A stretch of 64,000 bases of DNA, from positions 96,001 through 160,000 of the forward strand of contig CAWVRN010000003.1 of assembly GCA_963932905.1 (NCBI GenBank), read 5' to 3'. Within the stretch, counting starts at the first letter, position 1. The number at the start of each line of letters is the position of its first letter. The DNA is from an uncultured Bdellovibrio sp. GTDB lineage: Bacteria > Bdellovibrionota > Bdellovibrionia > Bdellovibrionales > Bdellovibrionaceae. A program made the translations under genes and the position numbers. The notes under the pieces were generated by a model. That model searched no databases. It saw only the letters and a program-made list of their open reading frames with translations, and was not told the origin of the DNA. Shown in pieces: positions 26,455-37,351 of this stretch.

Positions 26455-29371
26455 TTTCTTTTTCCCATTTGTTTAAATTTTCTAAACGACCTTCTAAGTA
26501 CTGAACCATCGCAAAATTACCTGTCGAACGCTCTAACATAAGTAGTTTTTCAACCGAGGCTTTAGCCATCGGAGATTGGCGTAATTCATTACGAGCTTGT
26601 TCCACTTCTTTAAAGTTAGGAGCCACTGCCGCAGTTTGCTGAGTCAAGATCGCTTGCAAATCCGCCTTATCTGCCTCTTTTGCGATGCTAGATAATGCTT
26701 GGATTTCGCGATCAAGGTAAACGAATAGGTCTTTATTCGATTTCAAACCATTCTTAAGATTTTCTTTCCAATTAGGAGTCGCCCAGAATTCATCGACTTT
26801 AATCATCGCTTGTTCTGACTTCGTTTTAAACGGAGCCGCTTGCTGAGATAACAAGTTCATGTACTGACCTTGCTCGTCATCACTCAAACCATCTGGCATT
26901 GGTAAGCTTAATAGTTCTTGGTAAAATCTAGATGTTTCAGACGCGTATAACTGAAGCGCTACCAACTGCGACGTCCAGTCACCTTTTTGAATCGCTTTCT
27001 GAGCTAACGCTTCTGCTTTTTCTAATTCTTTATTACGCGCTTTGATCGTCGCTACTAATGTTTTTTGGTTCTTAGTATCGATCTTGTGAGCTGTAAGTAC
27101 TTTACGTTGAGCTTCTACACCCGCTAAGAAATCGTAACGGAACAAAATCGCACCTTGCGGAGTTTTTTGAATCCATTCGTCCTTCAAAGCCGCTTGCAAG
27201 ATTTTAACATCTTTAGTTTTACCAAACGCTTCCATGTACGCCTGACCTAACAAGCCTGGATTTTTCTCAAAATTCTTTCTATAGAAAGCGATGTCTTTTA
27301 AAGGTTGTTTGCTTTTACGAATCATCTCTAAAGCAATCAACTCTTTCATTTCTGCATTTTTAGTTAATGCTAAGAACTGATTGTAGTAGTTCGGAGATGA
27401 ATCACCAGAAAGCTCAGCAAACAAAGCCATTTTCAGAGCTTTTTGTTCTGGCTCCATACCTTTTTGAACTTTCTCTACCGTTTTCAAGGCTACCGAGAAA
27501 TCTAGTAATAATTCAGAGTAGTAGGCTTTACGAGATAATGCGAATTCGCGATCATCACCCGCCACGGTTTTCAAATTCAGCATTTCTTCAGCCGCCATAT
27601 TGGCTTTTTGAATGTCGCCGATTTTTTCATTCAACACGACTTTGTTTTTCAAATAGATTACGCGGTCTTTTTCAGCCGCTTTGTTCACTTGAAAACGATT
27701 TAGCATTTCTAACGCCGCTTTTGGATTCGTCGCCGCCAGTCCTGCCGACTGAGTTAAAATAGATTTCTGCTGAATTTCAGCGAATTCCATTCCGTCAGTG
27801 CCTTTGAAAAGCTCGGCAAATTCGGCCGACCAACTTTCAATGTTCTTTTCATCTTTTAAAATAACTAAAGCATCTAGAGCTAAATCCGCCGATTGCTTAC
27901 GCACAGTCGCAGGCGCTGCTTTATTCAAAGCTAACGCTTTCAACTGATCCGCACCGGCTTGTGTTTGGCCAGATTCATATAACTTGTGAGCTTTTTGATA
28001 AGTCACTTCATAAACTTTAGTTTTAAGTTTTGTATTAACCAGGTAAGCCGCTTGCGCTTTTTCTAAAGCCACTGCATCGCCCGACTCTTCAGCTACTTCC
28101 ACCTGACTTAACAATGCCGATTCTAATTTCGCCGCATCTTGGTTAGGTTGATTCAAAGTCTTAGCTGCCGTTTCATATAGGAATAAAGATGTAGAGTAAT
28201 CTTTAACCTGACGGGCCGCTTGCGCGCCCCATACCGCTACTTCTAAATCTTCAGGGAATTGCGTAGAGTATACTTTATAAGTCATCAATAAGTTTGCTGA
28301 TGGCTTAGTTTTTTCGGCTTGATTCCAAGTCACAACAAACTGACGAAATAATTTACGAATGTCTTCGCAGTCTTTTTTGCCGCAACCTTTTAACTCATTC
28401 CAAATATCTAATGATGATTTGAAATTTTGCTGAGCGATTTCCGTTTGGCCTTCTGCCCATTGCAATGGCGACAAGTGAGCCATGATTTCAAGACGACCCT
28501 CTGGCTGGCTTTGTTTGTTCAAAACAAAGTTCCAAGTCATGATAGCTTCTTTACGACGCCCCACACGCTCGGTCTCTAGGGCTAGAGTCGTTACTGTAGG
28601 TAATTTCGCTTTTTCTGGAACTAATTCGTATAATTCTTTAACTTCGGTCTCGCCATAAGGCTGTTTAGATAAAAATGTGGCGTAGTCTTTCGCTACTTCT
28701 TCTAAGAATTGCAAGTCTGCAGTTCCGTCTGAAACACCGCTTTTAGTTTGCAACGATTTATCTGTTAAAATTTGTTTGATCTGAGCCAATGACTCAGCGA
28801 TTTGTCCTAAATTAAAATGTGACCAAGATTTACGATAAGCCGCTAACCCACGAGATGACGCGACTGGAGTCGCAATTACTTTTGAGTAGTACCCAATCGC
28901 ATCTTTGAACATATTTTTCTTAAACAGCATTTCTGCTAATGATAAGTTAGCTTCTGATTGCGCTTGAGGATCGCGCGCTGTTTGTGAAATCGTTTCGTAC
29001 GATTTCTTTGCATCATCTGAATAACCAAGAATTTCTTGCAAGTGACCAATTTGGATCATCACTTTGCTACGGCTAGTTTCCGGAGTTTTCGCTACTGACT
29101 CTTTATATAGTGTCAGAGCTTTTTTACGATCGTCTTCGCCCGCTGTACAGACTGCACAACCTGATTCTAATTCTTTCATGGCAGAAACACGAGCGCGTTC
29201 TGAGTACAAATCGGCTAATCGTAAACCGACAGAAACTTTGGAAGGGTCTTCCGGAGATAAATTCAGGTGCACACCTTTTAATTTATCGATCAACAAATCG
29301 CGGGTAGCATCGTCTGCCGCCGCAAATGAAACACTAGCTACAAACAGAGCTAGTCCGATTAATAACTTCAT
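26435..29371 (-). CDS. Large periplasmic TPR protein (GltD/AgmU-like)
   Basis: Signal peptide, LRLADLYSERAR, TPR repeats, PMPDGLSDDEQGQYMNLLSQQAAPF. Confidence 0.75.
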   Translation of the reverse strand: MKLLIGLALFVASVSFAAADDATRDLLIDKLKGVHLNLSPEDPSKVSVGLRLADLYSERARVSAMKELESGCAVCTAGEDDRKKALTLYKESVAKTPETSRSKVMIQIGHLQEILGYSDDAKKSYETISQTARDPQAQSEANLSLAEMLFKKNMFKDAIGYYSKVIATPVASSRGLAAYRKSWSHFNLGQIAESLAQIKQILTDKSLQTKSGVSDGTADLQFLEEVAKDYATFLSKQPYGETEVKELYELVPEKAKLPTVTTLALETERVGRRKEAIMTWNFVLNKQSQPEGRLEIMAHLSPLQWAEGQTEIAQQNFKSSLDIWNELKGCGKKDCEDIRKLFRQFVVTWNQAEKTKPSANLLMTYKVYSTQFPEDLEVAVWGAQAARQVKDYSTSLFLYETAAKTLNQPNQDAAKLESALLSQVEVAEESGDAVALEKAQAAYLVNTKLKTKVYEVTYQKAHKLYESGQTQAGADQLKALALNKAAPATVRKQSADLALDALVILKDEKNIESWSAEFAELFKGTDGMEFAEIQQKSILTQSAGLAATNPKAALEMLNRFQVNKAAEKDRVIYLKNKVVLNEKIGDIQKANMAAEEMLNLKTVAGDDREFALSRKAYYSELLLDFSVALKTVEKVQKGMEPEQKALKMALFAELSGDSSPNYYNQFLALTKNAEMKELIALEMIRKSKQPLKDIAFYRKNFEKNPGLLGQAYMEAFGKTKDVKILQAALKDEWIQKTPQGAILFRYDFLAGVEAQRKVLTAHKIDTKNQKTLVATIKARNKELEKAEALAQKAIQKGDWTSQLVALQLYASETSRFYQELLSLPMPDGLSDDEQGQYMNLLSQQAAPFKTKSEQAMIKVDEFWATPNWKENLKNGLKSNKDLFVYLDREIQALSSIAKEADKADLQAILTQQTAAVAPNFKEVEQARNELRQSPMAKASVEKLLMLERSTGNFAMVQYLEGRLENLNKWEKENEKASN

Positions 29372-29447
29372 TCCCCCTCCTTGGAATCTCTCACTAACTG
29401 GTAGCTACCCTTAGGCAGCTTCCTACTTCAGGTCACCCTAGGTGACC

Positions 29448-29948
29448 CTATTTCATGATCACCGCAAACTTCAGGTCACTAAAACCAGCGTGCGCACACG
29501 CTAATACTATAGAATTAAGTGCTTCGTATTTTGTACGACGATCGGCTTGAACCGTGATCGTAGTTGGCATCTCTTCACCCGCTGGGTGAGACGCGCGGAA
29601 GGCTTTTCTTAACTCTAGTAATTCTTGAATCAAACCCTCAGCTGTTAGCATTTTCTCTTCTAAGAATACTTTGCCTTCTTCGATTTTAATAACGGGATTA
29701 CGATCTAAAGAATCCCCACGGGCTGCCTTAGGCAGCTCCATATCTTTTTTCATAAATAAGATTTCGCCGTTACTAGAAAAGTTCATCAAAAGGAAAATCA
29801 CCAAAATAGAAAAGGCATCGATCAAGGCTGTTAGCAGAAGATCCGCCGCTAAGCTTTTCTTCCATTTCTTACCTTGAGGATTTAAAAACGAAGCGTTCGC
29901 AATCGGACTATTTAAAGCCGTATTAGCTATTACGTTCTGTTTAATCAT
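29448..29948 (-). CDS. ExbD/TolR family protein (AglS-like)
   Basis: LTALIDAFSILVIFLL TM with conserved Asp, VQADRRTKY. Confidence 0.88.
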   Translation of the reverse strand: MIKQNVIANTALNSPIANASFLNPQGKKWKKSLAADLLLTALIDAFSILVIFLLMNFSSNGEILFMKKDMELPKAARGDSLDRNPVIKIEEGKVFLEEKMLTAEGLIQELLELRKAFRASHPAGEEMPTTITVQADRRTKYEALNSIVLACAHAGFSDLKFAVIMK

Positions 29949-29963
29949 AAATTCCCCTCGTCC

Positions 29964-30422
29964 TTAAAGTGGAACCACGCCTAAATCACCCATGCCCGAT
30001 TTTTTGAATTGGTCCATTAAATCGATAATGTCTTCATAGGATGTTTGAGCACGTGGTTGAATAAGAGCCGTTTTTAATTCAGGCTCTGCTTTTTTCATAA
30101 GATCAAGCTGAGCCGCAAGCTGCAGAAGATTCGTTTTTCCATCTGCCGACGCGCCCAATTTTACTTTTCTCATGTTTACAGGAAGCGTTTGCGCATCCCG
30201 AGTTTCCAGAGTCATGTCACCTTTATCACCTAGAAACACCCAAAGCGTAGGCTTCTTAGGTGTTTCAGCCGCAGGCTGACCGCCGACGGCTTGTTTCACA
30301 TTCATCGAACCCACGTTTAACCAAACGGCAGTCAACAAAAGGAAACAGATACACGTCGATAATAAGTCGATAAATGGGATCAAGTTTAATTCAAAATCTA
30401 AATGCTTTTTACTTTGGGACAT
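29964..30422 (-). CDS. ExbD/TolR family protein (AglQ-like)
   Basis: ELNLIPFIDLLSTCICFLL, YEDIIDLMD. Confidence 0.88.
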   Translation of the reverse strand: MSQSKKHLDFELNLIPFIDLLSTCICFLLLTAVWLNVGSMNVKQAVGGQPAAETPKKPTLWVFLGDKGDMTLETRDAQTLPVNMRKVKLGASADGKTNLLQLAAQLDLMKKAEPELKTALIQPRAQTSYEDIIDLMDQFKKSGMGDLGVVPL

Positions 30423-30449
30423 AGATGCCTCGTTAGTTTAAAGTTTAGA

Positions 30450-31178
30450 CTAAGCGTTGATTTCTTTTACAGATTCTTTAGCCGCGCCATCTTTACCAGT
30501 ACGGAAGCTTTTGAAACCGACTGGTTCGTAGGAGTAGCTCAACCAGTTGAACACTTTAAGTGCAGAACGGTTAAGATCTTCAACGATATGATTCGCTCTA
30601 TTTTGAAGAACCGCGTACATAACTAGGGCTGGGATCGCTGTGATCAAACCGTAAGCTGTCGCATTCATCGCTTCGGCGATACCGGCAGCAAGCAATGTCG
30701 CTTTCTCTGCAGGAACAGCGTTAGCCACTGCTGCGAAGGACTTGATCATACCAGTGATTGTTCCTAGTAGACCCGTTAGTGTCGCTACGTTACCTAGCAT
30801 AGATAAGAAACCGATACGGCGCTCAACCAGTGAGTTTTCATAAAGCAGAACTTCATCCATTTTGCCTTGGATTTCTTCTTTGCCACCAAAATTTTTAGCG
30901 GCTTTAGTTCCTGCCAAGATCGCTTTAGCTACGGGCATTTGGGCTTGAGCCGCTTTTGCTGTTTCCATTACGCGATCCAGTTCACCGCGACGGATGGACT
31001 CTTCAAATCCATTCACGTATTCGCTTTGATTGATTTTATTTTTAACGAACAACGTGTACGTACGCTCCGCTAGGATAGCTAATGAAATTAATTGTGTGAC
31101 CAAGATTGGCCACATCCAGAAGCCCCCTTGTTCAAAAGCTATAGCAATTTTAGAAAACATTTCCATATATCCCCCCAA
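30450..31178 (-). CDS. MotA/TolQ/ExbB proton channel (AglR-like)
   Basis: GGFWMWPIL, ATLTGLLGTITGMIKSF, GIAEAMNATAYGL. Confidence 0.92.
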   Translation of the reverse strand: MGGYMEMFSKIAIAFEQGGFWMWPILVTQLISLAILAERTYTLFVKNKINQSEYVNGFEESIRRGELDRVMETAKAAQAQMPVAKAILAGTKAAKNFGGKEEIQGKMDEVLLYENSLVERRIGFLSMLGNVATLTGLLGTITGMIKSFAAVANAVPAEKATLLAAGIAEAMNATAYGLITAIPALVMYAVLQNRANHIVEDLNRSALKVFNWLSYSYEPVGFKSFRTGKDGAAKESVKEINA

Positions 31179-31550
31179 ATTAATGACTTATTTATTGTTT
31201 TATAAAATTATGATCCTCACAGCCCAGACCTAAGTCACCCGTTTTTTTCTTATGGGAAATATTATTTTTTCTTTAGCTTTCTGTTCGCGCGATTCTGCAA
31301 CTTATATTCGAAACTTTTTTTAGCCCGAACATCTACTTACAGTAGCCACTGCGGTTGGTTCATTTTTTCGAAGTCACCAATGCAAACCAGTTTTGTCACT
31401 CTGAGCAAAAAGTTAAAACTCCAGTCCCCTGCCGTTAGACGAACGCAAATCATTTGCCCACATTTTTAAGCACGTCTTCTTACGCTGCCGAAGCTTACTG
31501 GTTGGTTATCAGCTGTAAAATTTATTAAATGGTTTTAATCCGCTGAGGGT

Positions 31551-32873
31551 GTGCTATACAAACCCTCTATGAAATATCAAACTCCTGCGTCTCGCCTGAA
31601 ATCATTCCAAGATATCAATTTACCCGCCTCCATTATGAATTCACTTTCGAAAATGGCCATTTCAAAACCGACGGAAATACAAGCTTTGTCGATCCCAGTG
31701 GGCTTAATGGGTACGGATTTGATAGCTGTGGCCGAAACTGGCAGCGGTAAGACTCTAGCTTATGCACTACCACTCCTAGCGGCTTTGCAAAAAAATGAAA
31801 ACGCCCGCGCCTTAGTTTTAGTTCCCAGCCGTGAAATGGCTCAGCAAATTCAAAAGGTATTTATTGAACTGACGACAGGCCATCCAATCACGATGTCAAT
31901 TGTCATCGGTGGCATCCCAAGCGCTAAACAAGTCAACGGGTTAAATCGTAAACCTCGCTTGATCATAGGCACCCCTGGGCGCCTAAATGATCACATTCTA
32001 AAAGACAAACAGTTACTTCAAGGTGTTGAGCATATTGTGATCGACGAGGCCGATCGCATGCTAGATAGCGGTTTTACCCCACAGCTTAAAAGCATCCAAA
32101 ATACGCTTCGAGGACTTAAACAAACCCTAATGTTTTCCGCTAGTTTAACGAGTGAAGTTGAAGCTATTGCTAAACTATTTATGAACCCGACTTCCACAAC
32201 AATGATTCGATCGGCACAAGCTGAAAAACCGGTCTCGACACTAACTCAGACAGTGCTATTCATCGATAAAGCTGCTAAAAATGATCGCTTACTGGATGAG
32301 TTAAACAAAACCCAAGGCAGCATCATCGTGTTCTGCCAAAACCAAGGCGGCTGCGAACGCACCGGCCAGCATTTAAAAGAGTACGGCTATGAAATGGATT
32401 TGATCCACGCCGGACATTCACAAGGGCACCGCAATCGCGCCATCAAAGCTTTCCGTGACGGTGAAATTCGCGTTTTAGTAACGACAGATTTACTTGCTCG
32501 TGGACTGGATGTGCCTAATGTAGAAACTGTGATAAACTTCGAAATGCCATCGCAAGCAGATGATTTCTTGCACCGAATTGGTCGCACCGCTCGTGCCGGT
32601 CGCGCTGGTCACGCCATCACGTTTGTTAGTCCGTCAGATAAAAATGTGTATGGAAAAATTAAAAAATACATATTGGGTGCTGAAGAAATTAAAGTCACAC
32701 CCGATTTTGAATTCATGGAACCACGTCCTTCAAACCACTTCTCTGAACGCAACAAAAAGCGCATCAAAGAAAAAAAAGAAACGTTTGATCCCACTCGTAG
32801 ACCTAAAGGAAAACCGCAATCTAAAACTTACGGCGATCTTCACAAGCCAAACAAATACGCTAAAAAATCTTAA
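31551..32873 (+). CDS. DEAD-box RNA helicase
   Basis: Q motif PTEIQ, AETGSGKT, PSRE, TPGR, DEAD, SAS, ARGLD, HRIGRTAR; start likely ATG 31569. Confidence 0.95.
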   Translation: MLYKPSMKYQTPASRLKSFQDINLPASIMNSLSKMAISKPTEIQALSIPVGLMGTDLIAVAETGSGKTLAYALPLLAALQKNENARALVLVPSREMAQQIQKVFIELTTGHPITMSIVIGGIPSAKQVNGLNRKPRLIIGTPGRLNDHILKDKQLLQGVEHIVIDEADRMLDSGFTPQLKSIQNTLRGLKQTLMFSASLTSEVEAIAKLFMNPTSTTMIRSAQAEKPVSTLTQTVLFIDKAAKNDRLLDELNKTQGSIIVFCQNQGGCERTGQHLKEYGYEMDLIHAGHSQGHRNRAIKAFRDGEIRVLVTTDLLARGLDVPNVETVINFEMPSQADDFLHRIGRTARAGRAGHAITFVSPSDKNVYGKIKKYILGAEEIKVTPDFEFMEPRPSNHFSERNKKRIKEKKETFDPTRRPKGKPQSKTYGDLHKPNKYAKKS

Positions 32874-33910
32874 TCGTTTTTCCAATAAGAATTTTGATCA
32901 AAGTCAGCCCGATGGATTTGATATCGCAAGGTCAATACTAGCTGACCTTGCAGGTTCGGTTCTGTAATTTTCTTCACCAACACGGCGCCAATTTTATCTA
33001 GCGCTTTCTGTGAACGAAAATTATGTTCACCAACGTCGAAATAGACAGTATCTACAAATCTATAAGCATATTCTAGCATTAGTTTTTTAAGCTCTTTATT
33101 ATAGTTTCCACCCCAGCAGTCACGCGCCAAGAACGTATAGCCAACAACCACTTCCCGCAGATAATGGTTGTATTCATAGAAACTAGAACTACCGATGACT
33201 TTTCTACCATCGGCGGTTTTGACCAGCAAAGCTCCGTGGCGATTAATTCCAGAATCAAAAAATTTTTGAAACACATCGCGCTGATAGCGAAGCGGATTCG
33301 GATGAACTTCCCAGATCAACGGGTCACTGGCCACTTTATATAAAGTTTCAAAATGATCTTTCTGCAAAGGCTCGATCTGTAAAAGCTCACCTTTTAAATG
33401 CGGTTGCCAATTCCGATTTTTAAGTTCAAAATGATTAATTGGCTCGACATCATCATGGCGAAGCCATTCAAAGCCAATATTTTCTAAAATTTTTGCCGAC
33501 GCTGGATTGCCATCTTCTGTGACAGCTTGAACCGAAGACAAGTTTAGGGTGTGAAATGCAGCTTCCACAAGGCAACGGCAAACTTCTGTAGCGTAACCCT
33601 GCCCCCAAAATTTCTTTACCATCATGTACCCAAGTTCTGCACTACGATTAGGTTTCGGCAGCAACATAAACCAGCCAATAAATTCTTTCGTATCGTTTAA
33701 TTCGACTGCCCATACTCCATTGGGTTCCTGTCCATCGTTTCTTTGAAGCTGATCTTTCAAACGTTCTCGCGTTTGCGCCTCTGTGCGTGGAGTTTTTATT
33801 CGTGTGTACCTTACAACATCCGGATCAGACTCTAATTGTCTCAAATTGGAAAAATCATTTTGATTCAAACGTCTTAGTTGCGTTCGGCGCGTTTTCAAAT
33901 CGTACTTCAT
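32870..33910 (-). CDS. Tandem GNAT (RimJ/RimL-like) acetyltransferase
   Basis: Two GNAT units: FWGQGYATE...NPASAKILENIGF and GYTFLARDCWGG...NFRSQKALDKIGA. Confidence 0.88.
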   Translation of the reverse strand: MKYDLKTRRTQLRRLNQNDFSNLRQLESDPDVVRYTRIKTPRTEAQTRERLKDQLQRNDGQEPNGVWAVELNDTKEFIGWFMLLPKPNRSAELGYMMVKKFWGQGYATEVCRCLVEAAFHTLNLSSVQAVTEDGNPASAKILENIGFEWLRHDDVEPINHFELKNRNWQPHLKGELLQIEPLQKDHFETLYKVASDPLIWEVHPNPLRYQRDVFQKFFDSGINRHGALLVKTADGRKVIGSSSFYEYNHYLREVVVGYTFLARDCWGGNYNKELKKLMLEYAYRFVDTVYFDVGEHNFRSQKALDKIGAVLVKKITEPNLQGQLVLTLRYQIHRADFDQNSYWKND

Positions 33911-34020
33911 GGACTCCTTAATTACGTGTCTTATTTTGACACGGTTTGCATGTTAAACCTCAAGAAAAATCGATTCTTCGCCGAACAATTAAGGACGAAT
34001 GTCACCTTAAGGGAGAACCT

Positions 34021-36969
34021 TTGAACGTTGTTTTGAAACTAGTCCTGGCTATCCTACTCAATATACTTGTGATTGGTTGCACACCAGTCAATGTAGCTTT
34101 GAATTCAGAGTTTGGTTTGTCTTTAGGCAAATCAGATGATGAGCAAAACACAATCACAGCCAAGATCGTTGTTGAAACTAGACCGGAATATATCAACAAA
34201 GCCAACTCAACAAACCTAGCTTTTTCTGGGACTTGCGAAAATCTAATCAGCGCACAAGTCAAAATCAACGGTGCTGCGTCAGACTATGGTTCTATTACCT
34301 GTACTTCGGGACAATGGCGTACCAACATAGATGTAAGCCCAATACCAGATGGTAACGTCATTTTTGAATTTTTAGATTCATCTTCTAGAAAATCTTTAAA
34401 AACTTTATCCATTGCAAAAGATACCGACGCACCAACTGCATTGTTAGGCTATGCAATGACTCAAGTGAATAACAGTAGCACGATCATGATCTCAGTCGAT
34501 CCAGCTATCGGTGTAATATATTATAGTTATAAATATGGCTTAACGTCTTCTACTGACTGCTCGGTAGCAAGTGGCTACTCGACCTATGCATCGACCAATT
34601 CTTTTGCTACACAAAATCTTACAAGTGGCGATGGGAACTACAAGCTTTGCTTAATTGGCAAAGATTCATTTGAAAACGAGCAATCCTACGCAAACGCCAC
34701 AAGCATCACATGGCAACTCGATACAGCTCCACCCGTACTTAGTTTCGATAGCGCAACATCCAGCACTTATGTCAATAGTCTAAACAAAAATGCATTTTCC
34801 TTCACCGTGAATTGTTCTGAAATTGGTAGAAACGTAAAACTAAAAACCATTGATAAAAACGCTGTTGAACTATTCGCGGTTGTCGCCTGTTCCAGCAGTA
34901 ATTTGGCCACTTACACATTCAACGTGTCTCCCTTCGCAGAAGGTTTGGTTAAATTTTTTGCCATACAAGAAGATGAAGCTGGTAATACCACTAACTATCT
35001 AGCACTTTCTCTGACTAAAGATTCTCTCCCGCCAGCCTTTGCAAACTCGACAGTCGTTGATGCTAACTATTATGCAAGCCTTACTCAAAGTCCGATTATA
35101 ACTTGGTCAACAACTACTGACGTTGGTGGCAGCGGCTTTCACGAATTTCAAATTGGTTTCGGCTCAAACAATGCCTCTCCTAACTTAGTCTCCTTCCAAA
35201 GCGTCGGAACAATCACCTCCAGACAGTACACGTTTATTGGCGGCAACCTAACAGAGGACTCTTTATACTATACATTTGTTAAAGCCATCGATATGGCTGG
35301 TAACAGCGCAGTGATTGTTAGTGACGGCTGGAAACCCGATGTCACAGCTCCCACCGTGGGTACCGTTGACGATGGCACTTACGCGTCTCCAGGTTCAACC
35401 CAAACAGTTAGTTGGGGTGCTGGCAATGATAGCTCTGGATCAGGAATCGATCACTACGAGCTTGCTATCGGAACAACATCAGGTGGTACCGAAATACTAA
35501 CATGGTCTAATGTTGGCACGGTCACATCAATTACTGAATCAAACTCGGCTCTTAATTTTGGTGGTGGTACCTATTATGTGTCGATTCGCGCCGTCGATAT
35601 AGCTGGCAATATTGGATCTGCGTCCTTAGGAGATGGTTTTAGAATCAAACCTACTATCTCGTTGTTGGCGTCGAATTCAGGTGCGTACGCCGCCATCATG
35701 ACGAATGGCAAAGTCGTCGCTTGGGGTGACTCTTCGTACGGTGGTGACTACTCGTCTATTCCGACCGCGCTTAAAACCGGTTCACTAACAGCCACGCATA
35801 TCGCGGCAACAACTGACGCTTTTGCCGCCATAGCCAGCGATGGCTCCGTTTACTCCTGGGGAAATAGCTCCAGTGGCGGCGACATGTCGTCCGTAGCCAA
35901 CGATCTCAACGGCAGTATTGATGCTGTTCAAATTATATCTAACTCTTTTGCGTTCGCGGTACGCCGATCAGACGGAAGCGTTGTGTCTTGGGGTAATAGT
36001 AATTACGGTGGAACGGTGTCTGCCAGTATGAGAACAGCATTGGATGGAACGATTCCCGTAGTTGATATCAAAGCTTCAAATTCCGCCTTTGCCGCTCTTC
36101 GATCTGACGGTTCTGTGATCGCGTGGGGTTTATCTAGTGGTGGCGGCGATACCACATCGGTCGCATCGGACATAGATGGAACTAACGATGTGAGTGAAAT
36201 TTACACAACATCAGCGGCATTCATCGCCAAACGAGTCGACGGATCATTGGTATCCTGGGGATATTATCCTAGCGGAGTCAGCTTTTCTGATATTGCTAGT
36301 TCTGTAAACGGAAGCGTTCCTGTAACTCATATTCAAACTACTCCGAATGCCGCGGCTGCTATTCGTAGCGATGGCTCAGTTATAACCTGGGGATCCTCGT
36401 CACACGGAGGTAATTCTTCTGCTGTCGCTTCAGCCATTGATGGAACGATCGACGTAAGTAGCATTTATTCTAACGGTTATAGCTTCTCTGCTCTACGAAT
36501 CGACGGTTCAGTCATTACATGGGGGCAAAGTGATAAGGGCGGCGACTCAAGTGCCGTTGCGGCCTTGCTTACCGGATCACCTTATAAAACGGTTAGTATT
36601 GCTCACAACTACACCGCCTACGCAGCGATTCAAGACAATGGCTCGATCATAGCATGGGGATTGGCAAGCAGTGGTGGGTCACCTGCCTTTTCAGCCGGGG
36701 TTCTTGATGGAAGTATTAAAGCTACCTATGTTGCCGGCAGCTATGCTGCATTTGCAGCCCTTCGAGAAAATGGCTCGGTCATCACATGGGGTTCATCTGG
36801 ATATGGCGGCGACTCTTCGTCCGTTGCGACCAAGATTGACGGCACAAAACCTGTTGTCGCACTTTACGCCAACATGTGGTCGTTTGTTGCTGTGTATTCC
36901 GACGGCCAGTTTGTCACTTGGGGTGATGTCAGCGTTGGCGGCGACTCTTCGGCTATCAATCCCGACTAG
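34021..36969 (+). CDS. Large surface lipoprotein with Ig-like domains and ten RCC1-like repeats
   Basis: ORF track start 33946; TTG 34021 has AGGGAG RBS and lipobox LVIGC; DxAGN Ig-like motifs; repeats FAALRSDGSVITWGxxxxGGD. Confidence 0.8.
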   Translation: MNVVLKLVLAILLNILVIGCTPVNVALNSEFGLSLGKSDDEQNTITAKIVVETRPEYINKANSTNLAFSGTCENLISAQVKINGAASDYGSITCTSGQWRTNIDVSPIPDGNVIFEFLDSSSRKSLKTLSIAKDTDAPTALLGYAMTQVNNSSTIMISVDPAIGVIYYSYKYGLTSSTDCSVASGYSTYASTNSFATQNLTSGDGNYKLCLIGKDSFENEQSYANATSITWQLDTAPPVLSFDSATSSTYVNSLNKNAFSFTVNCSEIGRNVKLKTIDKNAVELFAVVACSSSNLATYTFNVSPFAEGLVKFFAIQEDEAGNTTNYLALSLTKDSLPPAFANSTVVDANYYASLTQSPIITWSTTTDVGGSGFHEFQIGFGSNNASPNLVSFQSVGTITSRQYTFIGGNLTEDSLYYTFVKAIDMAGNSAVIVSDGWKPDVTAPTVGTVDDGTYASPGSTQTVSWGAGNDSSGSGIDHYELAIGTTSGGTEILTWSNVGTVTSITESNSALNFGGGTYYVSIRAVDIAGNIGSASLGDGFRIKPTISLLASNSGAYAAIMTNGKVVAWGDSSYGGDYSSIPTALKTGSLTATHIAATTDAFAAIASDGSVYSWGNSSSGGDMSSVANDLNGSIDAVQIISNSFAFAVRRSDGSVVSWGNSNYGGTVSASMRTALDGTIPVVDIKASNSAFAALRSDGSVIAWGLSSGGGDTTSVASDIDGTNDVSEIYTTSAAFIAKRVDGSLVSWGYYPSGVSFSDIASSVNGSVPVTHIQTTPNAAAAIRSDGSVITWGSSSHGGNSSAVASAIDGTIDVSSIYSNGYSFSALRIDGSVITWGQSDKGGDSSAVAALLTGSPYKTVSIAHNYTAYAAIQDNGSIIAWGLASSGGSPAFSAGVLDGSIKATYVAGSYAAFAALRENGSVITWGSSGYGGDSSSVATKIDGTKPVVALYANMWSFVAVYSDGQFVTWGDVSVGGDSSAINPD

Positions 36970-37004
36970 TTGACCGATTTCAGGCCAAACGTTAGTCTCT
37001 ATCC

Positions 37005-37343
37005 ATGAATTCATTTTATAGCATCGGCTTACTAATCGCATCTAACATATTTATGACTTTTGCCTGGTATGGCCACTTGAAGAACAATCAAAACAGTCCT
37101 TTGTGGCTGGTGATTCTAGCCTCCTGGGGAATCGCTTTTTTTGAATACTGCTTGCAAGTTCCTGCCAATCGATATGGCATTCAATCGTTTACATTGCCAC
37201 AACTTAAAATCATTCAAGAAGTGATTACGCTGTTGGTGTTTTTAGGATTCGGCTATTTCTACATGAATCAACCGCTGAAACTAAATTACTTATGGGCATC
37301 CATTTGTTTATTAGGCGCCGTGTTCTTTATTTTCCGCGATTAG
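37005..37343 (+). CDS. DMT family small membrane protein
   Basis: SNIFMTFAWYGHLK, SWGIAFFEYCLQVPANR, QLKIIQEVITL. Confidence 0.88.
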   Translation: MNSFYSIGLLIASNIFMTFAWYGHLKNNQNSPLWLVILASWGIAFFEYCLQVPANRYGIQSFTLPQLKIIQEVITLLVFLGFGYFYMNQPLKLNYLWASICLLGAVFFIFRD

Positions 37344-37351
37344 TTTGGAAT

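Noticed and set aside
31179..31550. Possible riboswitch (e.g. c-di-GMP) upstream of the gliding operon
   Set aside because: No recognisable conserved motif by eye; would need a covariance-model search
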